Shown: in pieces, positions 14,302 to 39,075 of the stretch
Position numbering within the stretch: position 1 is the first letter of the stretch
How the letters are laid out: every line of letters begins with the position of its first letter
Source of the DNA: Amoebidium appalachense
Taxonomy: Eukaryota; Protista; Ichthyosporea
DNA: 64,000 nucleotides
Direction of reading: 5' to 3'
NCBI GenBank assembly: GCA_963693365.1
Contig: CAVNZM010000008.1
Location: forward strand, 3,377,572 to 3,441,571
Translations under genes and position numbers: made by a program
The notes under the pieces: generated by a model
What the model saw: only the letters and a program-made list of their open reading frames with translations
Databases searched by the model: none
Told to the model about the DNA's origin: nothing

Positions 14302-14701
14302 ACGCACACTTGGTGGGGTAGTCTTTACGGTGTGCCACACAACTGTTGGCATAACAACGTTAACGTTCCGGGGGGAAGGAGACTCGGAGAGGACGGGTGG
14401 GGTGCGGCAAGGGGAGGGGAGGGGAGGGCGGGATTTCTTGGGGATGGAAAAAACATAGTTTTGGACCCTGGGCACACAGCAGTTGCAGTGCGGCATCTAA
14501 CCACATGTTCCCTCACAGCAACCTGGTCTGACACCGTGCCGTGCTGACTGCTACACTGCTTGGAACAACACCCCGTGCATCGATGCAAAGTTCCCCCTCA
14601 AGTACCCTGCAGGCAACTGGTGCCTCACCTCCAAAGATGACCTTCCAGATGAATGCCCCAATAAGCGATTTGCTGCTTGCGACCCAAATATCGGCTACTA
14701 A
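6112..14701 (+). CDS. Membrane-anchored multidomain GH114 glycoside hydrolase (endo-alpha-1,4-polygalactosaminidase-like) with Cys-rich repeats and an EGF module; 13 exons, ~760 aa
   Basis: Manual exons 6112-6604, 7259-7324, 7668-7840, 8432-8612, 8886-8989, 9590-9748, 10293-10366, 10736-10874, 11527-11819, 12326-12497, 13189-13309, 13753-13877, 14519-14701 are all GT-AG, phase-consistent, total 2283 nt and end in TAA. N-terminal TM segment LIVGAVVLITAAIALVLGLWGAGVF after a basic patch, Ser/Thr linker, repeats CGNGxCExxExxxxCPQDC, EGF-like CPFDCSGHGACDVFSGLCTCNGRWTGPGCE, then GH114-typical motifs WQWQL, YDIDF, GRKVMCYFSAGSWE, KGCDSIEFDNPD, HARGMAVALKN, VVNEEC, KPVLNCEY. Confidence 0.85.
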
Positions 14702-15228
14702 TTTAATCACAACAATAGTGGTGGTAGTGATAATTAGTGTGACAATGGGCATGAATACGCGTGTGCGTAGTTGTAATTTGAATGTTTAGAACGTACAGGT
14801 ATTATTACTACTGAATGCAAATGGGGATTCTTCGATTGAATAGCACTGTAACTGGGGCTAGGAGGAAAAGGCTATTGAGTAGACCTGCTGCTGTTATACT
14901 GATACTTGTACATATAGACAGAGCCGCAGGCAGAATAGTGAAGATAGAAGATATAGGGGTGCTCTGCATGCACAGAGAAAGGTGTTGGCAGGGGTTATGA
15001 CACGGGAACGGTATGCGTAACTCGTGCAGCCACTTGCATGTACATAGATAAGACTCTAAACATAAGACATTACATGGCTTTCTGGCAAGGTGTTTGCCGG
15101 GCATCCAACAAGTGACTTTCAATAATACACAGCTAAGTTGTCGATGAGTGGCCGGCTGTGCCGGCACCCCTCTTTGATTTGGTTTCATTGCCCCGGCCTG
15201 CCATGTGAACTCAAACTGGTTGCCCTCA

Positions 15229-16244
15229 CTCCCCAAGCTCATGACTGCCCAATGACTCTTTAATGCCCTCGAGCTCTTCGTACACACCTACTGCGCACAT
15301 ATTTTCCCCTCCATCTCCATCACGGTCATCACTGTAACCCCCTGCCCCCCCTATTCCCCCTTTCAGCCACCCTCCTTTTCCTTTCCCCCCATATAAACCG
15401 GGTTGATGGGTGGCCAGGATGGATGAGTGGTGGTGGTGTGCACACGCGAGTGCATCTGTACACGTGTGTCTGTGTGCGTGGGTGTGTGTGTGTGCCCTGG
15501 GGGGGGAGGGGGGGGGGGATGATGGATATATCATATTGCTTGTCTTATAATGCATGGGGACTCGGAGGGAAGGATCAATTACGATGAAATCTGCTGGGTA
15601 AGAGGCAGGTGGACATGTAATTTTGTCACTGTGTGAAAATTACATCACAGAGTGAAGTTTGCCCGGGGATGACGCAGTCCGAGTGTGGTGCCGGTGGGGC
15701 TGGTTTTGCATCTGTTTGTAAGTGCATGTGTACTTTGGGTGACCCATGGTGCACGTGGTGGCGGTGGGGAAAGGGAAAGAGGGAGAGGCTAACATGTGTC
15801 ACGGACGACGTGTCTGCGGCTGAATACTCAAAAGTCATAGGGGCTGCTCGCAAGTTGTGTTTGTGTATCGTGGTTGTACTTGTGTGTGTGTTTGAGTCAA
15901 GTGAAGATTAAAGGGTGCACCTGAGTGCCGCTATTGGTGGCTGTGGCTGTGTGTGCGTGCGTTGGTGGTTGTCGCTCTTTCTCTCTCTGTGTGTGTATGT
16001 GTGTATGTGTGTGTGCTTGTGTGTGTTGTGGCAGATGCCACCACTATCAAAAGCAAATCTTCATTGTCCGTCGGTCACCCATTGTCCGCGGTAGCCCCAG
16101 GCATACCACTTTATTAAATCCCTACACACCACCGCCATGAAATTCTTTTTATACGAACTTATTCCGGACACGTCTCAAATGTAATCATCAAAACAAACGA
16201 GGAATGCTACTCTTGACCAAAAGTGATCTGTGACAAGTAATAAG

Positions 16245-16279
<35 letters not shown>

Positions 16280-19200
16280 AAAAAAACAAAAAACACATAC
16301 ACACATGCACACACGAGAAAGAGAGGGATGATAAGAGAGATAACCGATAAACAAACACACATACCTATGCCATCACAGCACAGCACCCATCATCCCCGGG
16401 CCCCTCCTCCACCACAATGGCCATGCATATGCAAATACACCCGGCAAGAGAAAGCATACGACTATGCAGTTAATAAACAATGGTTCAGCCTTTTTCTTTT
16501 AAATCTCTTTTTCTTCCCCATCCCCCCCCCCCCCCCTCTCCTTCCTGTGAGACAGTGCGTGTGTTATTGAGAGGAGGGGGGGGGGGGGGGGGGAAGAGGA
16601 AAGGTGCAGAGGGGCCAAAAAAAGAGTGCAGATTTTCTTTCCCCAATATGTTTTTTTTTATTTTTTTTAGAAGAGAGGGTGGATTTGGGGGGGGGGGGGG
16701 GGGGGAAGGGGGGGGAGAGGCATTAGCAACAATTATGTTGAAACCTGCAGAGTGGTGGGCAAATGTAGGGCAGCTCTGAGACACAAACCTCAAACCACTG
16801 CAAGGCGGCAAAAAGGCTACAATACACAAACACACACACACACCCAAATACAAATGTGGCAGGGATTCGACGCATGGTGATGTTGGCCCTTAGTGATTGT
16901 AGTTGCGGTTGTGGCGTGTGTGTGGAGTGGGGAGTGGGGGGGAGGGAGGGAAGGGGAGGGGGATGCACACATTAGAGGCTTGGAAGATGGAGGAGACACC
17001 AAAGGACAACGTCAAAAAGCTTCACGGACAGAAGACAACAGAAAGGGTTAAGGCCCCCCCCCCCCCCCCCCCCCCCCCCCCTTCCCCGAAAAGAAGGGAC
17101 GAAAAAAAAAAGAAAAAAAAGAGAGAGAGAGAGAGCAACCCGTGACATGGGAAAATACACACAGTGAACCGTGTTCAATACTCGAGTTCCGTCCCACAAC
17201 GTAGTCCCAGAAAGAAAAAAGGGAAGGAAAGGGCTTAAAAGGGAGCGGTGGTGGTGTTGATGGTGGTGGTGGTGGTTGGGGGAAAGAGGGGTTCGAGTGC
17301 ATGTTTTTCAACGACCATGGAACCAACCAGAAATAACACGGAATATGGGGGGGGGGGGGGGGGAGGGGGGGGGATTAAATATTACCACCCAATCCCCAAG
17401 TGGTTCAATAAAAAAAAGCAGGAAAATCCCAAGTGAACACTTATGAAGTAGACGGTGCAGAGTACAGGCACAACGATTGGACGGCAAAAAGGATGGTTTA
17501 CAGCCTTAGCGGGCCACAAAAGGGCAGGGGGGGGGGGGGGGGAGGGAGAGGGAAGGATGGAAGAGGAAGTAGTGTATAGAGACAAACAGGAAGCATGTGT
17601 GCATTGATAGTGCCCATAATGCGAAAACAGGAGGGGTAGGTGTGTGTGCGTGTTTAAGGGGGAGGGGAGGGGGGGGGGTGGTTTGAAACGCGTCACAAGA
17701 TTACGATGTATACACTCTCGACAGACAACATAATGCAGATTTTGCAGTGCACACAAAAAGAGCATACATCACAGTAAAACCCATCCTCAGGGGCAGCCCA
17801 TGTCACGGACAACATGTGTGTGTCTGTGTGTGTGTGTTTAAGGGGGGGGGGAGGGGCGGGGGGAGGGTAGGAGGGGGGGTCTCGAGAAGCACAGGCATGT
17901 GGCTGTGAATGGGAAGACAGCGAATGGTTGAATGATCTTATGATGTTTGTGTGGAAAAAATAACGCGTTGGCTTGGCAGAAGAGAAAAAGCACAAACCTC
18001 TTGAGCCCGGCCCCACAGGCTGTGTGTGTGTGTGTGTGTGTGTGTTTGTTTAAAGGAGGAAGGGGGGGATCGCATGAAGCAAGTGTTACAGAATGGTGCG
18101 TCCCAATGGTAGGAAGACAGGGGGGAAGGAGAAGGGGAAGGATGGATGACCGGGCTAAAGGCAAAACCCTAACGAATCGATCACGGCAGACAAGTAATGG
18201 GAGGTGTATGAATGTGTGTACAGAACATATGTAGAGATCTGGGAAGGACAAGGGGAAGGGAGGGGAGATGGGAGAGAGGGGGAGAGAGAGAAAGAGGGGA
18301 GAGAGAGAGAGAGAAGTGTGTGTGTGTGTGTGTGTAAGGGAGATGGTGAGAGGAGGAGAGAACAGGGGATGTCAGCAGGTTGAAGAAGACAAAAGAAGGA
18401 GGGTATAAACACAAGTGCTCTAGAGGAAAACGGCACCAGAGGGGAAACATACTTGGACAGTAGAAGTAGAGGCACGAAGTGACCAGGAGAAGGGGGGAGG
18501 GGACTACTTACACAGAGAGCACAGACGCAAGAATTCTTTGAGACCACAAAGCGAGGGAAAGGAAAGTACCCCCCACCCCACCTCACAGGGGGCACCGTAA
18601 GAGAACAGTAGATAGCCCCCCCCCCCTCCCCCCCACCCTGCCCCACCCCCACCCCCCGTCCCCACAGACACAAACACACATATGTACACGTACAAACTCT
18701 GCCACAACAGGGAAATCACTTGCAGCTGCCTGAAGACGTATGCAAGAAAACGAATGCTGTAAGATCACAGGGGTGTTGAATAGAAAGAATAGTCTGAGAG
18801 AGCAATCATTATCAGGTGCACACTCGTCACAGCAACTCCTTTATAGAATGAGAGGCGGAGAAACCACGCCATGGTTTGCCTGCATCTGATCCAACAGCAG
18901 ACAAGTGAAACATAAAAGATGCTGAAAACAAACAAATGGATACTGCAAAGCTGAGTCCAAACTCCTCTACCCTCCTCCTCCCTGGCTCCCTCCCTCCCCC
19001 CTCCGGATCCCTTCCCCCTTCCACTTTCTGTTTCCCCCTTTCACCCCCTCACAGAAAAACACGCACGCTCCCAGGGAAGGAAGAGTTTCCAGACAGTAAA
19101 AAACACACACCTGTCATATGGAGTGTGCCCAACGCCGTTCTCAGCAGAAGTGAACCCAACCCACCCATATGCAATGCAGCCATTGCCTTGAAGGTTTACC

Positions 19201-19355
19201 GATTTTGCGTCACATTCCTACCAAAGTTTACGTTGCCGAGCCTGAGTCCTTAGGCTGTAGCAAAAGCAAAAAGACTTGGCGTTAGTAGTAAGGGTAGTGT
19301 AACATACTGTGGAATCGTTCAAAAGCACACCTCTCCTTGCAGAGTCAGGAACACA
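15229..19355 (-). CDS. Probable multi-exon gene of unknown product; exon chain and boundaries unresolved
   Basis: Minus-strand AG/GT-bounded higher-complexity blocks (e.g. ~19111-19254, ~18825-18921, ~17768-17823, ~17387-17440, ~16971-17019, ~15793-15920, ~15230-15287), several with donors followed by minus-strand C-runs as in the + strand genes. Several frames are open, so no unique protein could be assembled. Confidence 0.3.
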
Positions 19356-20698
19356 CTGAAAAATGAAAGAGAGAGCCCATGTTTTGTCGGGCGTGCACCA
19401 TGTCCGCCGCCGCGGCGCGCCCGACGAAAATGACGGAATAGCCAGATATGGAAGGTGACATTCAAGCCAATGAGAAAACGCGCTAGCACTTGTTTAAATG
19501 AGTACTCGCATTTGATTGGTGGCATATAGCGACAGTCACAGCATGAGCACAGCCTGAGCAGTGGCCCAAACTGCCCGATCGGCGAAGTCCAAGAAATCCA
19601 AGCTCAGCCTACAACGGTCGTGAGCCCCAAGTATTCTCCAAAACCAAAAGTAAGGCTTGCTCGTAGCTAATAAAACTTTGTGAATATTACATGTATAACG
19701 CGAGATAACAAGTTTGTTCCCTGTGTAAACCATTGAGTGCTCGTCGAAATTGTTGACAGAAATCATGAGGTGCGAGCCCATGAATTTTCCGGATACTCTC
19801 CGCACCCGTCAGAATGGATTGAGCCTTTGCGCCAGTTTAGTCCAAACCGGTTCGCTTTGGGGCCAATGAAACTGCTGCTGTTCAATTCTTTGTCCAGGCA
19901 CTTGGATTCTTGACACCAAGGGAAAACAATGATGACAGAAGTGTACCCAATTACGCCCTTCATAACGAAAGATAGAGTTACTCTAGTGATTATTGAGAGT
20001 GATACACTGAGTGGGCAATACAAAAAGTAGTCACGGTTTACTTCCACACCTGGCCAGGTCTTTGAAGTCCGCGACCGTCAAGCACACGATTGGAGCGCTC
20101 GAAGCCAATCAGAACCCTTTTAGCACCTCTAGAGTCTAGACTGAGACGTCTTACTTGCTCGGCTAAACCGTTGGCAAACAACTGCCTTTGCTCATATGTA
20201 TTGACATTTACCGTCAAAACTGTGCTTCTGTTACAAAAAAAAAAAAACTGTATGAAAGTGCTGGGTTTAAATAACGCATTCAAGTACATGCACAGCATAT
20301 AGATCTGTTGGGGACAAGCAATACCCAATCGGGAATGTGCAAGCACTGGATTCGTTTTTGTTTTCTTTACCCTCCTCCAAGTTCTTTGGCGGTGGCTCGC
20401 CGGCACATGTTCCGCTCATGCAATCCCTCTTTTGTATCAAAGATCTTGATACTATCGAGTACTCATTCTCCGAATGAAAAAGAAAACCTTTCCTCGTTCT
20501 TGAGTTGAAGCTCTCAGAGTCTCTGGTTATTCTTACAAAGAGGTAGATTTCAGCGAGGAATGCTCATAAATATCAAGCACATTTCTCGATTTTCTGAGTC
20601 AGTCACGCGGTGTGCTCTTTGAAGCACTTTGTTTTTCCACCTTTCATTTTTTACTTCCCATACGTTCACGCACTCAGTGCGAGTTAAAATCATTAACA

Positions 20699-25481
<4,783 letters not shown>

Positions 25482-26594
25482 ATAGCCTGATATGATAGCT
25501 GCTATATATGGCAATACACACTGCACTGCACTCATATCTCTGAAAGTAGGCTCCATTTGTGCATTATTGAACTTGTGGTCTATATTTGCTGGCGTGCACG
25601 TGCATGTTTATGTGCCCCGGTTTACTGTAAGAAAGTTCAATACATCATCACCGCACTCATGATATTCACATCAATTTTGTACTTTATACGTGCAAGAGGT
25701 TTCGTGAGATTTCTCTTGCTGGTTTTTATGGTTTTGTTTTCTGATTTTGCGTATGGTTTTTACTGGCAAGCTTTTATGCCACTTGCTGGAAAAAGGCCGA
25801 AACCAAACTGAAAGTGAAGTGATGTATGGATTGTATAGAGGGGCGGGAAGTGGTTTACACACATCACGTGTATATTTGGTGTGTAGGTCGGGGCGGATTT
25901 GACACATGATCTGCTAGGTTCCCACTCTGACGGCATTGTATGCATAGCCAGAGCAATTTGCTTTGCTATTAATAAACAAAAACATAGTGAAAACGTTTAG
26001 GCGAGTTGCGGATATCCCCCTCCTCCTCCTCCTCCTCTCCCCCCCCCCCCCCCCCCCCCCCCCATGCCACCACCACCACACATGCATGCACACACACACG
26101 CACAGACTGAGCCCCTGCTACATGACAGGTTGTCTCTATCAATATATTGCAATGCTCTCCTTCTCCAAACGATGCGAGGCTACACCCTCATAATGCATAA
26201 AAATGGCCACTCATACCCGCCACGGTAGCAGTAATTAGTGGCAGTGCACCACACTAGCACTCGAGTATTGCAACCATACAAGCACTATGGTAATGCAGAC
26301 ATCCCTGAGTTGTGTTTGTGCAATAGTACTTTGCATGTGCATTGCACAAGTTCGAGTCGAGTGCACACACGACAGAATGTACATGTGGTGGACCCATCCA
26401 TCCATCGCCATCCCGCTTCTGATGGCCGAATTCGTTTTCGAAATCAGGAAAGCCAGCTGCAGAAGGAAAACCTTGTGTCCGCAGGGTAATCCATCCAAGC
26501 TGATCCGGGCCATGCGGGTGCTAGCTACCTTATTTGGGCATTGTGCACTTGCCATATAAAGCAACAGTGAGTACTAAATATGGCTTTTATGACT

Positions 26595-26604
26595 ATGACG
26601 TCAT
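26595..26604. promoter_or_regulatory. CRE/ATF-type palindrome ATGACGTCAT ~240 bp upstream of the amidohydrolase ATG
   Basis: Perfect 10-bp palindrome containing TGACGTCA; the same motif lies upstream of the ABCB gene. Confidence 0.4.
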
Positions 26605-26843
26605 CAAAGTTTGAACGGGACGGCTCGCGGGTGTTAGGCTGTCACGACAGTCAGTTGACTCACGGTAAACAAACAGCGTCGCGGACTCCGGTTTACTTCA
26701 GTGTTCGCTGCCGAGTTTTTTGTTTTTGTTTTAGTTTTGGTTCTACAGAGTAGGCAAATATCATTTTGAATAGCTGCCCAGTAGATATCTTATTCAATAT
26801 CCTGCTAGTGTGGTTGTTTGGGTTGTTTTTTTTTTCTTTGAGA

Positions 26844-35066
<8,223 letters not shown>

Positions 35067-35409
35067 AAAGAAAATTCTTGGCTTGGTTCCCGCGGCCAGT
35101 GGTCGGTAGGATGTCTCAGGATAGAAAATGGAGTTTAATGACTAAGTGTTCAGTGTTATTAGTTCAGAGCTAAGATTTCATTATCATTTGTTCTTGTGCT
35201 CCCAAAGTGACTATTTGAAGTTGATGTATGAAAAGAGGGAGCATCGTGGCAACCCTTTGAATGTTTCGGTGATCATGAAAATGATGATGATTGTGAGGCA
35301 GGGAGCTGTGTGAAGTGATTGATGAATAAAATTGAGATGACCAAGGGTTCCTTTTGTGGTTTGAATCAATGCTTGGGTATGTATATGTGTGTGTGTGCAT
35401 GTGTGTGTC

Positions 35410-35447
<38 letters not shown>

Positions 35448-35463
35448 GTGTGTGTTGTGTGTG

Positions 35464-35509
<46 letters not shown>

Positions 35510-35522
35510 ACGTGCGGGTTTT

Positions 35523-35571
<49 letters not shown>

Positions 35572-35681
35572 ATAGTGTGCGCGTGTGTGTAGTATGCACG
35601 TGTGTGCGCGGGGGAGGGGGGGGGGGGGGGGGGGGACAAATTAATGCAACGACGACCCAACAATCTCCCCTCCTAACATCA

Positions 35682-35722
<41 letters not shown>

Positions 35723-35726
35723 AAAA

Positions 35727-35758
<32 letters not shown>

Positions 35759-35796
35759 AAAGAAAAAAAAACCGAGAAGGTAAGTCCCCCTTTCTC

Positions 35797-35861
<65 letters not shown>

Positions 35862-35870
35862 CCCCCCCCC

Positions 35871-35901
<31 letters not shown>

Positions 35902-36811
35902 ACAGGTTCTGTTTAAATCTTTCTCTCCGTCATCGTTGAATTATTGTGCGGTGTATCATTATCAGCCCACATTTTGTGATGCTTCCAATTTAGAATTTGT
36001 GTTTGTGAAGTAGTGGCTGAGCGGTGCTTGACGTACACAAAATATGTCACTGTGCACATCTGGGTCCCAGTCATGCTGGCCTTCCTATTGTGGTCAGGTC
36101 GCAACTCTTGGCCTCGAGGCTGCAGCTGACATGTAGGCTACAGCTTGTCCATCTCAGGCAGGACTCAGGACTCAGGACTCCGAGTCAGGAGTCGACTCAG
36201 GTCCTCAGAGCCGCGAATGCCGGGCCCGCATACGTACACAGGGTTTCACGTGGGCCCACACTCCGCAGTCCGCACAGAAAATTATTTTAAAGCCCGAAAA
36301 GTTTCCCTAACTTTTTGAGCTTAGGTCCACTAATTTTCAACCAGTGATCGTTTGCGGTCTAATGTGAGCGTGAAATTGATAAGAACCAGGAAGATAAAGT
36401 TGCAGGAAAGATAAAATAGCATCTTTTCTTTGCGTTTTGATACCTTGTATACATAGGGCGTAACTATCACTGAGCCGTCAAAGAGCCGCTTGGCAGCTTC
36501 ATTTTCGAACCCCGTCAATGCAGATGTCCGATTGGATGAAAAGACAAATTGTCAAATCGAATTCAATGGCCAAAGCCGATTGGCTCAGAAAACATATAGG
36601 AAAAGTACATGAAATAATGATATTACTGCAAAACCTACTTAGAAAAATATGTAAATAAGACATATACCTGTCGGCATACATAATTTATTTGGGTTTTTTC
36701 CATTGATTTTGAGCTGCGCTGGACTTGTTTCTACAAGAAAATGATGAGGGGCATTCAGGGAGCGGATCCGGGACTGATCTTTCGAGTTCTTTTGTGCCAA
36801 GACCTTGATTG

Positions 36812-36909
36812 ATTGGTTTACCGTACAATGTATGGACCAATCAAACCAATGATACTTTCTAAACCAATGATATTACGGTAACCGATTTTGTTGCAGGCTG
36901 TGCACCAAT
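36812..36909. promoter_or_regulatory. CCAAT-box cluster upstream of the secreted Cys-rich gene
   Basis: ATTGG at 36812; CCAAT at 36837, 36846, 36864 and 36905. Confidence 0.45.
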
Positions 36910-37165
36910 CAGCAATAACCATGAACTGTTTGTTGACATAATTAAGGCGGTTGGCTACGTCGCTACGATGGTGTGGCGGCCCTGGCCAAAAGAGGTATAT
37001 ATTCTGTCGCGGGACTACTCGGGCTGTCAGTCTTTCACCCTTCCATATCAATTTTGTATGCCTGATACTTAGCTCGCTGGACAAAGAGTGTAGGCAAACC
37101 CTTCCGTTTCAGTTCGAGCATAATCAACTGCAAGCCTATTTGTAGGTTCCAGGCAACAGTGGAAA

Positions 37166-38029
37166 ATGAAGAGCATCTACCACGTAGCAGTGTGCACGTT
37201 TGCGCTTGCAACCACCGCACTAGCCCAGTCAGACACACTCGTCCCATGTGAAAACAAAGTTGACTGCACTTACAACGGAGGATATGTCAAGGTTGATGAT
37301 GTGACGCTTGTATGCGACACAAGCAACGAAAATGCGGATTTTCCGTGCAGTGAAGCTTATTGCTGCGTGAGCCCTACCCCAATCGAAGAAACATCAACGA
37401 CAGAAGAGCCAATGCCCACCGAAACAACACAACCCGAAAACACAGAAACAGAGACGGAGATAGTTTTCCCTGCGGAAACTGTTGACGGCGGTGAGGAGAT
37501 AGTTTTCCCTGCGGAAACTGTTGACGGCGGTGAGGAGATAGTTTTCCCTACGGAAACTGTTGGCGGCGGTGAGGAGATAGTTTTCCCTACGGAAACTGTT
37601 GGCGGCGGTGAGGAGATAGTTTTCCCTACGGAAACTGTTTACGGCGGTGAGGAAACCGAGATTGTCGAGACTCCCGCACCCCCGCCGCCACCCAAACCCA
37701 CCAACTCTGGAAAGTCGAGCCTGATTCGGTGTGACGACGCGGGTGTTACGTGCTCAAAATACCGCAAAGACCCGAAAAAGGGTGGAACTATGAGGTGTAA
37801 GACGAGGTTTGGTACGAGCATGCCATGCACACAGTCGTATTGTTGCGCAGAGAATGGGTCTGGCTCAAGTTCTGGCAGGATTTCGAAGCCGAGCAGATTG
37901 ATTGAGTGCGACGTGGCGGGGATTTCATGCAGTAGTTACAGAACGGATAAGAAGACGGGTGGGACTATGAGATGCAAACTGCGTCAGAGCTCAAGCATTG
38001 CGTGCAGTGAAAGCACTTGCTGCAAGTAG
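37166..38029 (+). CDS. Secreted Cys-rich protein with three 6-Cys modules and an acidic 13-aa tandem repeat; intronless CDS, 287 aa
   Basis: Clean single ORF with signal-peptide-like N-terminus (MKSIYHVAVCTFALATTALAQ), three modules ending CxxxxCC, five EIVFP(A/T)ETVxGGE repeats and a Pro-rich hinge. High-complexity sequence unlike the flanking DNA. Confidence 0.8.
   Translation: MKSIYHVAVCTFALATTALAQSDTLVPCENKVDCTYNGGYVKVDDVTLVCDTSNENADFPCSEAYCCVSPTPIEETSTTEEPMPTETTQPENTETETEIVFPAETVDGGEEIVFPAETVDGGEEIVFPTETVGGGEEIVFPTETVGGGEEIVFPTETVYGGEETEIVETPAPPPPPKPTNSGKSSLIRCDDAGVTCSKYRKDPKKGGTMRCKTRFGTSMPCTQSYCCAENGSGSSSGRISKPSRLIECDVAGISCSSYRTDKKTGGTMRCKLRQSSSIACSESTCCK
37457..37651 (+). repeat. Coding minisatellite, 5 x 39 bp
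   Basis: Unit GAGATAGTTTTCCCT(G/A)CGGAAACTGTT(GA/GG/TA)CGGCGGTGAG, in frame. Confidence 0.95.
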
Positions 38030-38345
38030 TAGTGTGTGAGTCAATGTATTTGCAACCTCACTAGCAAGTTTCATCCTTGTTTTCTCGAGGAAAAAAAACC
38101 AAGAAATTTTTTTCTCGTCTCTACAAAATCTTCCTCTTTTTTCTTTTCTTTTTTTCTTTTTCTTCTTCCTCTCTCGCTGATTTGATTTGTTTGATGGTAG
38201 CGGTTAACATCAGCACTTACTAATACCTCATCCTGTACGATACTTTTGAAACATTTTAGTTCTTTTGGAGTATTGCTTTACATCCATGGCTTCCATGCTT
38301 CGAGGCCTTTTATTTGCCTTCTTTTATAGCCCAGCCTCGCCTCAA

Positions 38346-39075
38346 ATTTTCCTCTCGTTTATACCTTACTTCCTAGAGTACATATTTTCCTCTCGTTTAT
38401 ACCTTACTTCCTAGAGTACATATCTTTTTTTTTCCCCTTAGCTCTTAGGTGAAACGGTAGTCGAACGTGTTTTTCTTCCTTTAGCATTATAGCTATGTGC
38501 TATGATATCCGTTTTTTCTCCCTCTGTGTACCAGGACTTTGCTGTTAGTGTAACCGTCCGTCTGACCATTGATTTCATGTGGAGTGTAACCGTCTGACCA
38601 TTGATTTCATGTGTGTACCAGGACTTTGCTGTTAGTGTAACCGTCTGACCATTGATTTCATGTGGAGTGTAACCGTCTGACCATTGATTTCATGTGGAGT
38701 GGGTTCAACACTATATATATGACTGCAACATTTGATAACTTATGTGCTCCCGTGATTTAATATTCATAATTTCAAATAAGAGATGAATTGCTTGATATGT
38801 CTGTTTAAAATAGTAAAAACCTACTATTTTAAACAATGTCATGCGTGCCTGTCTGTTTAAAATAGTAGGTTTTAGGGACAATGTTAAATAAGTAGGTTTT
38901 AGGGACAATGTTAAATATGTCATTGTCTTATGTTTATGCATTTGTCTGTCTGCCTTGTTTATGCATTGGTGCATGCACTCAATGACATTGTCTTATGTTT
39001 ATGCATTTGTCTGTCTGCCTTGTTTATGCATTTGTCTATGCATTTGTCTGTCTGCCTTGTTTATGCATTTGTCTG
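38346..39075. repeat. Region of nested short tandem and inverted repeats
   Basis: 38-bp duplication 38346-38421; A-B-B-A-B-B array 38526-38700; 20-bp inverted repeat 38816-38835/38854-38873; GTAGGTTTTAGGGACAATGTTAAATA x2; TTTATGCATTTGTCTGTCTGCCTTG repeats to ~39075. Confidence 0.85.

Noticed and set aside
18440-18850. Selenocysteine TGA, GA donor or TG acceptors giving a ThrRS/mL39-like peptide on the minus strand
   Set aside because: Requires several non-canonical assumptions and a ~28-nt intron; alternative canonical readings exist and the similarity is only a few residues.
20460-20600. Heat-shock element upstream of mtHsp70
   Set aside because: TTC/GAA triplets are present but not in a clean three-unit nGAAn register.
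38526-38700. CRISPR-like look of ~30-bp repeats
   Set aside because: No unique spacers (intervening units are themselves identical), no cas genes, eukaryotic context.
38870-38903. TTTTAGGG as interstitial telomere
   Set aside because: Only two isolated copies, inside a 26-bp duplication.
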